A DNA stretch of 38,723 bases from Welwitschia mirabilis (taxonomy: Eukaryota). Each line of letters begins with the position of its first letter. Positions within the stretch are counted from its first letter, which is position 1. Made by a program: the position numbers and the translations under genes. The notes beneath the pieces are model-generated. The model did not search any database. It saw only the letters and a program-made list of their open reading frames with translations, and had not been told where the DNA came from. This document shows positions 12,964 to 24,705 of this stretch, in pieces. The DNA lies in NCBI GenBank assembly GCA_051453625.1, contig JBOZIK010000001.1:47286804-47325526 (forward strand), in the 5' to 3' direction.

Positions 12964-13834
12964 TGACAAGTCTAGAATATATCTAAAAATGCTATAAAAT
13001 AGTTAACTAGATTTAACAAAATGCTAAAAAAAATTAAAATATTAATAAAATATTGAAAAAATCATATAGCTTAAACTACCACAATTTTACACATAATTAA
13101 ATCATTAGAATTTTTATAAGGGAATTTCTTTCTTTCTGCTGTTGACTCATAATAAAGATTTTAAATCAAGGCATGAACTTTATCAAGAATGACTATTCCT
13201 AGCAAAATGGTGTTCTGATAGGATTCAATTTATAGATAGAGTTTACAAAATATGGGGAAAATGAAAAAACTAAAATAGAAAAAATATAGCTAGATCACAT
13301 GCACTCATTATTTCTAGCTGGCACATTATCTTAATATCAACTCTAGCTATCATTAATATTAAGAGTAAGAAAGAATAGCAATACTTTAGGAACATAAGAT
13401 TTTTTTAGAATAACACAACTTTTATTACTTGACTAGAAAGTATAAATATTAACTCCCCCTTGGGTTTCCATACTAGGCACTGGATATTTTAGAAAATCAC
13501 TTTATAGCTCTTCCTCTTATGATCTATTTGCTTGAATGAGATTTTCAGCTTTTTTCCAAGACCCCAAAAGATGCCCCTACCTTCTGCTATGTGCCTATTT
13601 ATAAGTGTAATAGAAGAAATTTTGTTACTTCTTTCTTAATTCTACTTGTCTAGTTGTTGTAACTGCTTTTCTTTTTGTAGCACATCCCTCTCTTAACTAA
13701 CCTACATCATCAAATTAGCGTATAATAACTCAATATATATTATAATAATGTCATAATGTCATAATATTGCTTAATAATTTATCATATTCTTCATTAGAAA
13801 TATATCATAATATACATTCTTTTCTGAGTTATCA
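12964..13834 (-). repeat. 3' LTR of element C (871 bp)
   Basis: Colinear with 26942-27824 (roughly 80-88% identity by eye, mostly transitions); TATA at 13596-13603. Confidence 0.95.
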
Positions 13835-13850
13835 GTTTCCCCCATACTTA
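13835..13850 (-). promoter_or_regulatory. Polypurine tract of element C
   Basis: Minus strand ...ggggactaacaattatctaagtatgggggaaac-TGATAAC. Confidence 0.85.
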
Positions 13851-13889
13851 GATAATTGTTAGTCCCCTAATAATACAATTTATCTTTTT

Positions 13890-16414
13890 TTTTTTTTTTG
13901 AAAGCCTAATCTTTTTCTTTTCAATTACATCTAGTCTTGACTTAGCTTGTGACTTATTTAATTCCTTCAACTTCCTCATTGCTTTAATTTGTTCTTTCAA
14001 AAGGACTAGATCATTTAAATTTATATTTTCTTAATCTAATTGAGCTACCTTAGGATGATTTCCTTTTAATTATTTACTTTTTCTGGTAGTTAGAGTTCCC
14101 TTATGCCTTACAAGTTGAGTAAAAAGGGGTTTTTCTATTTTTCTCAATACAGAAGAGTTTTCAAATAGGATGGTTCTTATCCCTTCTTTTCCTTCCATCT
14201 TGGAAAAGCTATTTACAAAGGTTTTCTTAAGAATTCTCATACACTCTAAAAGCTAATTTCTTTAGTTTTTTAAAGTGTTTAAATCCTGATTAGTAACTAT
14301 AAAAAAATAAATGTCTTTTTTGAAGCCTTCATAGACTTGGAGGAGCTTGCTTGATGTTCTTGGATTCTGTCTTATTACCACTTCATGTTTGATAGCATTT
14401 ACTTCTTCTAGTGCTTAGTTTAATCCTTGTATGATTCTCTCCCATCCCCTTTTTTTCTGTATGATGAAATTTATAGCTCTTTCATAGTCATTAAAATAAT
14501 CATATAGCTTTTTGGGGTAGAAGTTCATGCTCCACAATACCCTTAATTCTTCATCCTCAAATCCTATTCTCTTTTCTAGTTGGACATTCAATATTTTATT
14601 TTCATAAAATAATCTACTGCTTTATTCTTTAAGCCATTAATTAAGTCTGATGACTAATAAGAACTAACATTTCTTTGATGGCATCTAAATTTGACATGTG
14701 AGAATTGTTGAATTTGCTTGAGAAATTTGATATGAAGTATGCTATTAAAATATTTTTGAGATTGAGGATAATTCATATTTTATAACTGTTATTAAATTTT
14801 TTTCTAATGAAGAATAATTTATAGGTGTAAAAAAAGAAGTAGATTCTAGTTTTTCTTAAAGAAGAACAATCTATATCTCTTGCATTTTAATCTTCTCCTG
14901 CTTGATTTGTACTTGTTCTAAAATCTCTGCCTATGTTTATTTAAATTTATTATTTTCTTCTTGGATCTTCATATACTTTTCATGCATTCCTCTCAAATCC
15001 ATATAAATCTTCTCTGAATATTCTTTCTTAAGGATAAAAGGGAAGTTATTGTGCATGAAAGTAATGAACTCTTATTTCATCTCAATATACTTAGAATCGT
15101 AATGCTTATCATGGGCCATACTTTTTAAAAGTTCCAATACAAAGTCTTCTTTATTAACTAGAGGAAGCTGCAATGTTTCTTTTTCCTCCCCAAGTTCTTG
15201 CTCTAATTCCTCAATCTAAGCTTGAGCATTGGTTAAAGAGGATCTATCTAATTTCTAGAATTCAAAATGAGAGATTAGTCTCTCCTCTAACTGCTACTTT
15301 TTCTTCTTTATTTCATTGTATTATTTCTACTAAAAAGAGATTCTATCTTTATAAAATTCATTTTCCATTTTTAAAAACTTCATTTTCTCTTTTAAATTGG
15401 CATTCTTTTCTTGTAGTTAATTCCTTTTTAGCAAGAAGACAATTAACGAATTTATAGTAGCACATAAAGAATCCACTTTATTTTCTTCCAGTGACTTTGT
15501 AAAATATTCTAGTTTCTTTTGTAGCCCTAATTGTTGTATAATGAATGTATTTGCTTGCTCTATGAAAGGATCTTAGGGATGTAGTTGAAATTGCATCATC
15601 AGATAGGTTGATAAAGGTACCTCTTTTGTGCCTTAAATACTTAAGGGTGTTAGATATGAAACTCCAAATAAGAAAGCAACTAAAAGTTCCAGACTATTTC
15701 TTTTCCTTAGAAAGCATTATGGAACATTTCTATCTAAAATAATTTTTTTGATTAATGATGGAAATCCTAGTCTCATATTTATAATTTTTGTGGTGTTCCT
15801 AATTCTTGACATTGATTTTTATAAGTATTAGAAAATACTGAATCCTACATCAATGTTCCCATTGAAAGGATCCCTGATGGCATCTGTTAAATACACCCTA
15901 CATATCCTCTTGCCATTTTGTTTATTGATGACTAGGACAAGATTAGAAAACACTATTCTAAAAATGATAAATGCCTTAAAATCTTTTACTATATCAATAT
16001 TCACTCATCCATCCTTATTGTTGATGTGCCAGAAATGTTTCAGACATAGGGTAGTGTCCTCATTCTTACCTGTTTCTAAGAGTATTCTTTCATGGGGCAC
16101 TGTCCCAAGTACCATTCTTATTTTATCTAAAGAAACTTGAACTAGCACATTATTAATGGATGAATATAATATTGGGAATTATTCTGAAAATGTCAAATTT
16201 TGGTAGAAAGAATAAACTTTCTCATTACTATACTTTTTTAAAAAAGTTAACTAGTTTCACTAGCTGAGTTCAATTACTTGTTGCTTAAGTCTAGTAAAAA
16301 TAGGGTCTTTAAGAAGTTTTTTAAAATTTGAACTTAGAATAATTTTAACTTCTATACAAAACTTTCTATGGTTTAACTTTACATTTTGATTTCTTTCTTA
16401 TATGAATTACTCAT
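13890..16414 (-). pseudogene. Decayed long extra ORF of element C: env-like/Transposase_32-like N-terminus plus long coiled-coil C-terminus
   Basis: NEKVYSFYQNL, NNVLVQVSLDKIRMVLG, NIDVGFSIF, LGFPSLIKKII motifs; then E/K/Q/L-rich helices; 14640-13890 reads in one frame interrupted only by isolated stops. Confidence 0.7.
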
Positions 16415-16813
16415 ACAAGAAGTATTATTAAACCCCCAAGTATCCACCTAGTATTTTGTAAAGAAACAAGATACAATTAAGCAACTAAATCCTTTAAACT
16501 ACATAAAAAAATATTATGGGATAATTTATTCATTTGAAAATTACATTTTACCTATGAAAGAAAAGATAGAAGAAGTTTCCATGATGCTCTTACAAGAATT
16601 AGAAGACGACAAAGCACATTATGCTCTAAAAACAAACTAGGAATAAATAATATACCTATTATGATACTCTTATTTATAGAACTTTGTAGCTCCTTATCAT
16701 CCATTGAAGCTTGATTTTCCAAAATATCTGATGAAGGGGTAATCGAGGTCATCAAAGGAGAGGTGTCAACAAAATTTGCTGTAAAGTCATTTTTGTCTTT
16801 TTTATGTCAAGGC

Positions 16814-17922
16814 TCAAAGATATTCTTTGAATATTTGAAGGAATCCTTTAATATGCAATTACATTCTTGAAGAAGGTCTTCAAGAAAGGATGAAGTTCTT
16901 TAAGTAATTGTTATTATTAATTCAAAGGGATCCTTTGAAATAATGAAATCCTTTGATAGATAGAAGCTGTGTATAATCATGTAATCTAAATTGCCTAAAA
17001 TTAGCATCTACAAAATATTGATCACATAAATGGAATCATAGTTCTATTAGCTTGTAAAAATACATTAAATTTTATGAATTTTGTATTTTTTTCATACACA
17101 TTTTAGGAAGCACCAAATAAGAAATCCACTGTAAGAGGATTCCTTCTAAAAATCTAACCCATTTGCTACTACTGCTATTTACCTTTGATCCATGTATGAT
17201 TTTCTCCTACTAGCAACATTTAGTCTCATAAGATTAGGTTTTCTATTCAATTCTTCATTAACCTCATATATTTTCTCTAGACTTGAGTAGAAATTGCTCT
17301 CTCAAAGGGGGTAGGTTACTCAAAGGGATCCTTCAAGTTTGAATTATCTTTTCCAAAGAGTTTTCTAATAAAGATTGGGCTTAAAGGAAGTTTTTGATTA
17401 ATCAAGAGTTAATCAAAAGGGCCTTTCAAGAAGTCATTGATGAAAGAATCTGATATGACCATTAATGCATTCCCTAATTCTTATTTATGGATGCTGAAAT
17501 TAAAAGAGGGGAGGTATTTCTTTATGAAGAGGGCTTTGATTAAACACCTAATATACACCAAATTAGACCACCCTATGAAAGGGAGATTCAAATATTTTAG
17601 AGGGGTCTCAGAAGTGTAATAAATTATGAGAAGATGAAGCCACCTCATTTATTAATTAATTCATGCTTCACTCAAGGCAAAGCTTAAAGGAGGTCTTCGA
17701 GCAACAAAGGTTACTTAGAGGGGGCCTTTGAGCTCATGCCAAGAGTAGGCAAGAAAAAACAAAGAAGTTAAGATTTTAAAAGGTTTTTAAAGATATTGTT
17801 AAATGGGTTCAACTATCTATCAAAGAGGTCTTTGATAGATGATGCATACCTTTTTAACATGTCATTCAAAAACCAAAATCTTTTACTTCCATAAGGAATC
17901 GGATTGAAGGGGGGATCTTTGA
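16814..17922. repeat. Dispersed array of ~17-bp quasi-palindromes, inferred consensus TCGAAGGnnnCCTTCGA
   Basis: Copies at 16814, 16835, 16867, 16922, 17320, 17381, 17413, 17524, 17575, 17684, 17715, 17820, 17904. Confidence 0.8.
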
Positions 17923-18234
17923 GTAATAATGGTTACTCAGAGCTAGTTCCTTGAATTTGTGAAGCTGGATAAAAATAGTTGCAATTGTCATAACATTTAT
18001 AGATTGTTTGGAGGAAGTATAATTTAATCTAATATTTTCTATATCAATAAATCCCTTTCAATGATTTAAAAACTAGCAAATTAGGTGCATCTAAATCTTA
18101 TTCATACTTGAAATTACAAATGATCCTTTTTACTGGTACTTTTCTTAGTATAAGTATACTAAAATGCCTTGAATAATTACTGATAACCACATTTCCCAAA
18201 ATAAACCAAGTTCTCTTAACACTTCAGATTAAGA

Positions 18235-18881
18235 ATGACTTCCAACTTCATCAACTTGTCTATGCCTCCTACTACTCATTCTTTAGTTAAAAAGTCCAAA
18301 CGCTATCTTTCTAGCTTAGGATTCTCTCAAATAGAAATGAATATTATGAGTGTAGATAAGTATTTTCCTCAAATTTCTATCCAAAGTGTTTACACTCTTA
18401 ACCTTCCTTCTTAGAGCATAGCTTCTAAGATACTCAATGCTTTAGATGACATCCTTTAAGAAAATGGAAGGAACTAATTTAATCATGGAGAGATTTTACC
18501 TTGTTTTGATCATATTGTTTATTACCTCTATATTAAGCATTTGAGAATCTAGGTTGCTAAGCTGAATTCTCTCCTAACTAATAAGTTTAATAGGTATTAT
18601 GCATCTCTAGGATGGTTTGTAGCTCAAATTCATAAGATAGAGCAACGAGTACAGTAGACTAAAGGTAACAATTTAGCAATAAGCCTATCTTCCCTTTCTT
18701 TTGATGAGGATTACTTAAAGAGGTATAGACCCTAGGATGATTCCATTTTCAAAACTTCTGGGATTCTCATCGCCCCAAGATTGGGATTCTTACTGACTCA
18801 TCGTAACACTTACATTTGATTCCCCCCATAAAGACTTTAAGTCAGAGGAGGTCTAGGAGGAAGAACAAGTGTAGGGGATAG
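18235..18881 (+). pseudogene. Decayed antisense ORF (~215 codons) in the 3' region of element C; unknown protein
   Basis: MTSNFINLSMPPTTHSLVKKSKRYLSSLGF...DEDYLKRYRP with six in-frame TAG/TAA; the paralog at 19836-20062 keeps the frame and the same RG* end. Confidence 0.55.
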
Positions 18882-19576
18882 TTTTTTTAATTTATAATAT
18901 TAAGTTTAGCTGATTCCACTTTTCTAATTATTGCTTAATGGTTTCCTGCTTTCAGAATAAATGCATTTCCTAGTTAAGACTCTTTTTATTTGAAAGACAA
19001 GATGTAAGGACTTTTATTATTTGCATGATGAAATAAAAGTGTCTTTTTTTCAAATAATGAGATAAGCTTTAGCTACTTTTATTCTAGTACTTATTTTTGT
19101 TGTACCAAAATATAAAAAATTTCTTAATTACCAATTTCTTTTATCTTCACAAAAATTTATTACTTCAAGATAAATAGAAGAAAAATACATTAATACAAAT
19201 TCTCTAGATGTTGAAATAAAATAAGGGTATCCTATGTAATATTTATTTTTCCTTTTAGGATTCACTTAGTTTAAATAATATTAGAGATTAACCACTCCTC
19301 AAATGACTCTTAGAGAGTGATTGTCTTCTTTATAATTTTAATTCAAAGAGCCTTCATTTTTGAGAAAGATTTTTGCAATGAGAAGAGTGCAATCACTTCT
19401 CTGTCATAGGAATAAGTACTCATAGAGTTATCAATCCCAATCATGGCCAACTAATACCTTGGTAGAGTTCTCATAGCTACATTATTACACTACCAAAGGC
19501 CCCTCTTGGAAATATTTACCTCGGTGTCCTTATTATAGGAAATTTCTCTTTTTTCCTCAAAATAACATAAATGATT

Positions 19577-19676
19577 NNNNNNNNNNNNNNNNNNNNNNNN
19601 NNNNNNNNNNNNNNNNNNNNNNNNNNNNNNNNNNNNNNNNNNNNNNNNNNNNNNNNNNNNNNNNNNNNNNNNNNNN
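19577..19676. other. Assembly gap (100 N)
   Basis: N run. Confidence 1.
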
Positions 19677-21049
19677 TTCACTAGTCACGTGCTTGGAAAA
19701 GTGCCACTGACCCCACACCTACAAATGAAGCCACATGATCACTACATAATATATAATATGTGTGAGGGGTCTTCTCTGCCATGTGCATGCATTAAGTATT
19801 GCAAGTTGGACATGAAGGCTAACATTGCCACATGCAAACTAAAGCTAATAATTCAGTGTTAATCCTATATGTCCTTTCTTTTAATAAGGATTATCTAAAG
19901 AGGCATGGATCCTAGGATGACTCTGCTTTTTAAAACTTCTAAGATTCCTACAATGCTAATATTAGAATCCTTACTAACTCCTTGCATCACTTACATTTTC
20001 TTCCTCCTATAGAAGCTTCTAATCAGATGAGGTCTCAGAGGAACAATAAGTATAGAGGGTAGTTTTTTTAATTTATGAAATTAAGTTCAGCTAACTTCAC
20101 TTCTCTAGTTGCTATTAACATGCTTTACCTACTTTTTAAAAATAAATGTACTTCTTAGTTAAGACTTTTTTTATTTAAAAAATAAGATAAAAGAACTATT
20201 ATTATTTGCATTATGAAATGAAAGTTTTTGCTTTTTAAAATATGATAAGCTTTATTTGCTTTTATTCTAGTACTCATTTCTATTATATCAAATTATAAAA
20301 ATCACTTTAATGTTAAGTTCTTTTATCTTTAGAAAAATTTATTACTTTAAGATAAGTAGAAGGAAGATACATTAATGCAAATGCTCTAAATGTTAAAATA
20401 AAATAACAATATTCCATGCAACATTTATTTTTCCTTTTGGGGTTTAATTGGTTTAAAGAAAATACTAAAGACTAACCACTTCTTAGATAACTCTTAGAGA
20501 GTGATTATCTCCTTTATAATTCTAAGCCAAAGACCCTTTATTTTAAAAAAGATTTTTTCAATGAGGAGAGTTCAACCACTACCATAGGAATAAGGACCTA
20601 TAGAGTTGTAAACCTTGATCATGGCTAATTAAGCTCTTAATGAAATTCTCATAGCTATCTTGTTACATTGCCAAAGGCCTCTCTTGTGAATATTTGCCTC
20701 AATGTACTTATGGTAGGACATTGCTCTTTCTTTTTTTTTCTTTTCTTTTCTTTATTTTTTCTTTTCTTTTTTTTTAAGATAACATAAATGATTACATAGA
20801 TACCTTTATTTTGTTTTATAATCCAGTCATTCTTATTGTTTGTAAGTACTTCTTTCTCAAAGTCTTATTAATTCTTATAAGAGGTACTTTCACCTACAAA
20901 TCAAAAATTCTTATAATTTGAACAACATCCATTTTCCTTCTTAAAAGTCAAACCTTATAGCCTTTTATATATTTGTTTATTAGATTTTTTTTTTCTTTTG
21001 TTTTTTTTAAAAGAATAACACTATAGGACTATGGAGAAAATATATGGAT

Positions 21050-24000
21050 AGAATCCTTTTCACCTTGTAAGTTTGTTTCATCTCCTAAGAGTGAAATTCT
21101 TTCTAAGTCTTGATTCTTAGATTCTTCATTAAGAAATTCCATTAGTCCATTAGGTAAAATTCTCATTAAAGTATATGGTACAATCTATTTTTAAGTATAC
21201 TTTTATTTAGAAGATATATATTTAGGATAAAAAACCAAAACTTTATATCCAATTTTGAAATTAGGTTTAAGAACATTATGGTCATGCCATTCTTTAACTT
21301 GTTTTTGGATTAATTCCTTTCTTATGAGGAGTTTCCTTCTATCTTCATCTAATTTATTCATGTTTTAGATCTATTAATTTTAAGCTTTTTTAAATTTATG
21401 ATCTAATTGTATAGCCAAATTATAGGATGTTAATCTTATTTCAATAGATAAGGTTACCTTCTTATCATTAACTAATTCATAAGGTGTGAAACTAGTACTA
21501 TTTTTTCAAGTTATCCTATAGGATCATAATGCTTCAGTAAGTTTATATGCCTAATCAATTCTTTTGGTCTTCATTGTTCTAGTTAAAATCTAGTTCAACT
21601 CCCTATTTGTAACCTCGACTTAACCGTTAAATTAGGGATGATAAGTAAAAGAGATTTTATGATAGAATCCATATTTAGACAAAACCTTTTGAAAATCTTA
21701 ACTAGTACAATGGATTCCTTTATCTGATATAAGACTCCTAGAGATATCAAATTGATGAAAGATATTTCTAGACAAGAATTTAACTATGATTTCGATAGAA
21801 TAGTTAGTAAGAGATTTAGCTTTAGCCCATTTAATCACATAATCCACATAGATCAGAATATATTCTTTTTTATAAGACTTTGGATTAATGGATCTGATGA
21901 AATCTACCAACCAAACATTAAAGGATTTAAGATATTAAATTCATTGTTAGGGATGTTCATCACCTTGGACCATGCTTCCTCTCTTTGACATTTGTCATAC
22001 CCTTTAATGTAATTAAAAGAGTCCTTAAATAGAGAAGATCAATAATATCCTATATTCAAAATTTTTTACGACTATTCTTTATCCTTCATAATGACCTTCC
22101 CCTTTTTCCACATGAAAAGTTTGTAGAAGTTCCTTCTAATTAGGCTCACCAGCACACTTCTGATGACATCATCCCTATAAAATTTGAAAAGGATCTTATT
22201 CTTCCATATATAATCTTTTACTTCTCTTAATAACCCCTTCTTCTCATAATAATTTAAGTAAGGTGGTATCTTTTTACTCACTAAGAACTCAGTAATGTTT
22301 GAAACTAAGGTACTTATTCCAAACTTACTAAATGATCACCAGGAAAATCATTTTGAGTGTCTATCTCTTTAGCCTCTTTAGGGAATTCTAGCATGGATAG
22401 GTGATTATCAACCACATTCTCTGTTTTCTTCTTGTCCATTATCTTAAGATCATATTTCTACATCAAAGGTATCCATCTTATAATTTGAGAATTTGCTTCT
22501 TTCTTATTCATTAAAAACTGTATAACACAATGATCTATGTAAATCTTTACTTCAAAATCCAATATATAATGCCTAAACTTATCTAAGGCTAAAACTATAG
22601 CTAGCATCTCTTTTTCTATAACTATGTAGTTTTGTTGGTTAGAATTAAGATTTTTACTGATATAAGTAATAGCTTAGGATTTACAATCATCAACCTTCTA
22701 TCCCAAAATAACACCAACAACATACTATGAAGCATCAGTCATAATGCAAAAGGTTTTATTCCAATCTGATTTTTATAAAATAGGGGCTTTAATTAATTTA
22801 TCTTTAAGAATTTGGAAAGATTTTTGGAATTAGGGTACATCCTTTTACATAAGATTGATTAATTACTTATTAATTTTACTAAAATTAGCAATAAATCTTC
22901 TGTAGTATCCCACATAAGCTAAAAATGATCTTAGTTCTTTTAGTTTAGTTGATGGAGGAATTTCTTTGATAATATTGAGTTTTTGCTCATCAGTTTCAAT
23001 CCCTCTTACTAATATCATGTGGCCTAGAATAATTCCTTATGCCACCATAAGATGGCTTTTAGACTAGCTTAATTTCAAATTATTTTCCTTACACTAAGTT
23101 AATATTACCTTTAGTCTTCCCAAAGCCTTCTTAAAATCATTTTCAAAGGTTGAGAAGTCATCCATGAAAACTTTCACTGACTTTCCTATCATGTCTTAAA
23201 ATATACTATTCACTAGCGTCTAAAAAGTAACTGGTACATTACAAAACCCAAAAGATAAAATGCTAAAGGAACAAGTTCCTCATTTACAAGTAAAAGTTGT
23301 TTTTTCTTGGTCTTTAAGAGCTCTTGGAATTTGGTTATATTCATTATACCCATACAAAAAATTCTAGTATCTATAACTAGAAATTATTTTTAATACTTGA
23401 TTCACAAAGGGTAAAGGAAAGTGATCCTTTTAGGTAGCAATATTCAGTATCTAAAATCTATGCACATTCTCCATTTACTATTTTTTTAAGAAACTACTAG
23501 TATTGAACTCATCCATTCTGATTTAGAAATAGAGTCAATGAATCCTACTTTTGATAGCTTTAAATTTTTTTTTTCGATTATATCTTGTATATAGTTACCT
23601 CATAGGTTTTATTGTTATATCTAGATAGATTTTATGCTAGCAGGTGGCAGGGTCTATCCCAAAAATATCTTCATGAGTCCAAGCAAAAGCTTTAGTTCAT
23701 TCAGCTAATACTCTTTTTAATTTTCTATTTTGAGAATAATTTAAATTCTTATTAATGATTAGAGCTCTATTTTTCTGAATTTTAATGTATTCCAAACCTT
23801 TTTCAAGAGAAAGTTTCTCAAGCTCCTCTTCTTTTTCTACTGGTTTAATAGTCAAGAAGTAATTCCTTCTTTTTACCTATTATTTCACCAATAATTATTA
23901 AGCTTCCTCCATGAGGATCATATTAGCACTATCTCCTTTATTAGTAGAGGAATGTTTAATTTCTGCCTCATTAGATATTTTGATTTTTTGCACTAGATCT

Positions 24001-24605
24001 CATAAAATAATCTCTATTACCTCCTTCTTAAAATAAATAGTGGCAATGGAAGTTGTCATCTAAGGTCTCCCTAGTATGACAGGATGAGTATTACCTTTTG
24101 TCTTCATAACTATTAAATCCCTTAGATATACAATCCTTGTTTCTCTAGAAGTATTTTCCATTATCCCCTATAGCTTTACTATAGAACCATCTACCATGTA
24201 AACTTATCCATGACATGGAGTTAACTTATTTCTTTTAAGTTGTTAAAATATGTCATAAGAAATGAGATTAATGATTGTCCCTAGATCTATCAAAGCTTTT
24301 ATTTTATTAGTACCTTCAATAATTATAGCCACAATTGGTATTCGAGGATCAATATGTTTCTTAATTTGATTTTCTTGCAAGGCTTGAGTAGAGGCCTAAG
24401 ATACCTAAACTGTTTTAGTTGGTTCTTTTACTAATTATTCCTCATTAGTTTTCTCATTCTTTTTCTTACTCCCCTTCTTACTACACAACTTATTCATTTT
24501 CTTCTAGTATAAGTGGATGTCTTTCAACATTTTCATTAAAGGTAACATAATTGAGGTATCTTCTAGAGATCTAATAAGGTATTTTAAATATTTTTCTTCC
24601 TTTAT
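21050..24605 (-). pseudogene. pol: pol pseudogene (protease-RT-RNase H-integrase) of a C-family element
   Basis: KALIDLGTIINLIS (~24260-24300), HPVILGRP, KDHFPLPF, VFMDDFS (~23151-23171), MTDAS, DHLS, DYVIKWAKA, LISDKGIH, YHP*FNG*VEVTNREL. Confidence 0.95.
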
Positions 24606-24705
24606 NNNNNNNNNNNNNNNNNNNNNNNNNNNNNNNNNNNNNNNNNNNNNNNNNNNNNNNNNNNNNNNNNNNNNNNNNNNNNNNNNNNNNNNNNNNNNNN
24701 NNNNN
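24606..24705. other. Assembly gap (100 N)
   Basis: N run. Confidence 1.

Noticed and set aside
16814..17922. CRISPR-like repeat-spacer array
   Set aside because: Repeats are only ~17 bp and degenerate, spacing is irregular, there are no cas genes, and the array lies inside a plant retrotransposon
17280..17930. Leucine-rich-repeat coding (LEGSL-like peptides on the minus strand)
   Set aside because: These arise from the DNA palindrome; there is no 24-aa periodicity or LxxLxLxxN pattern
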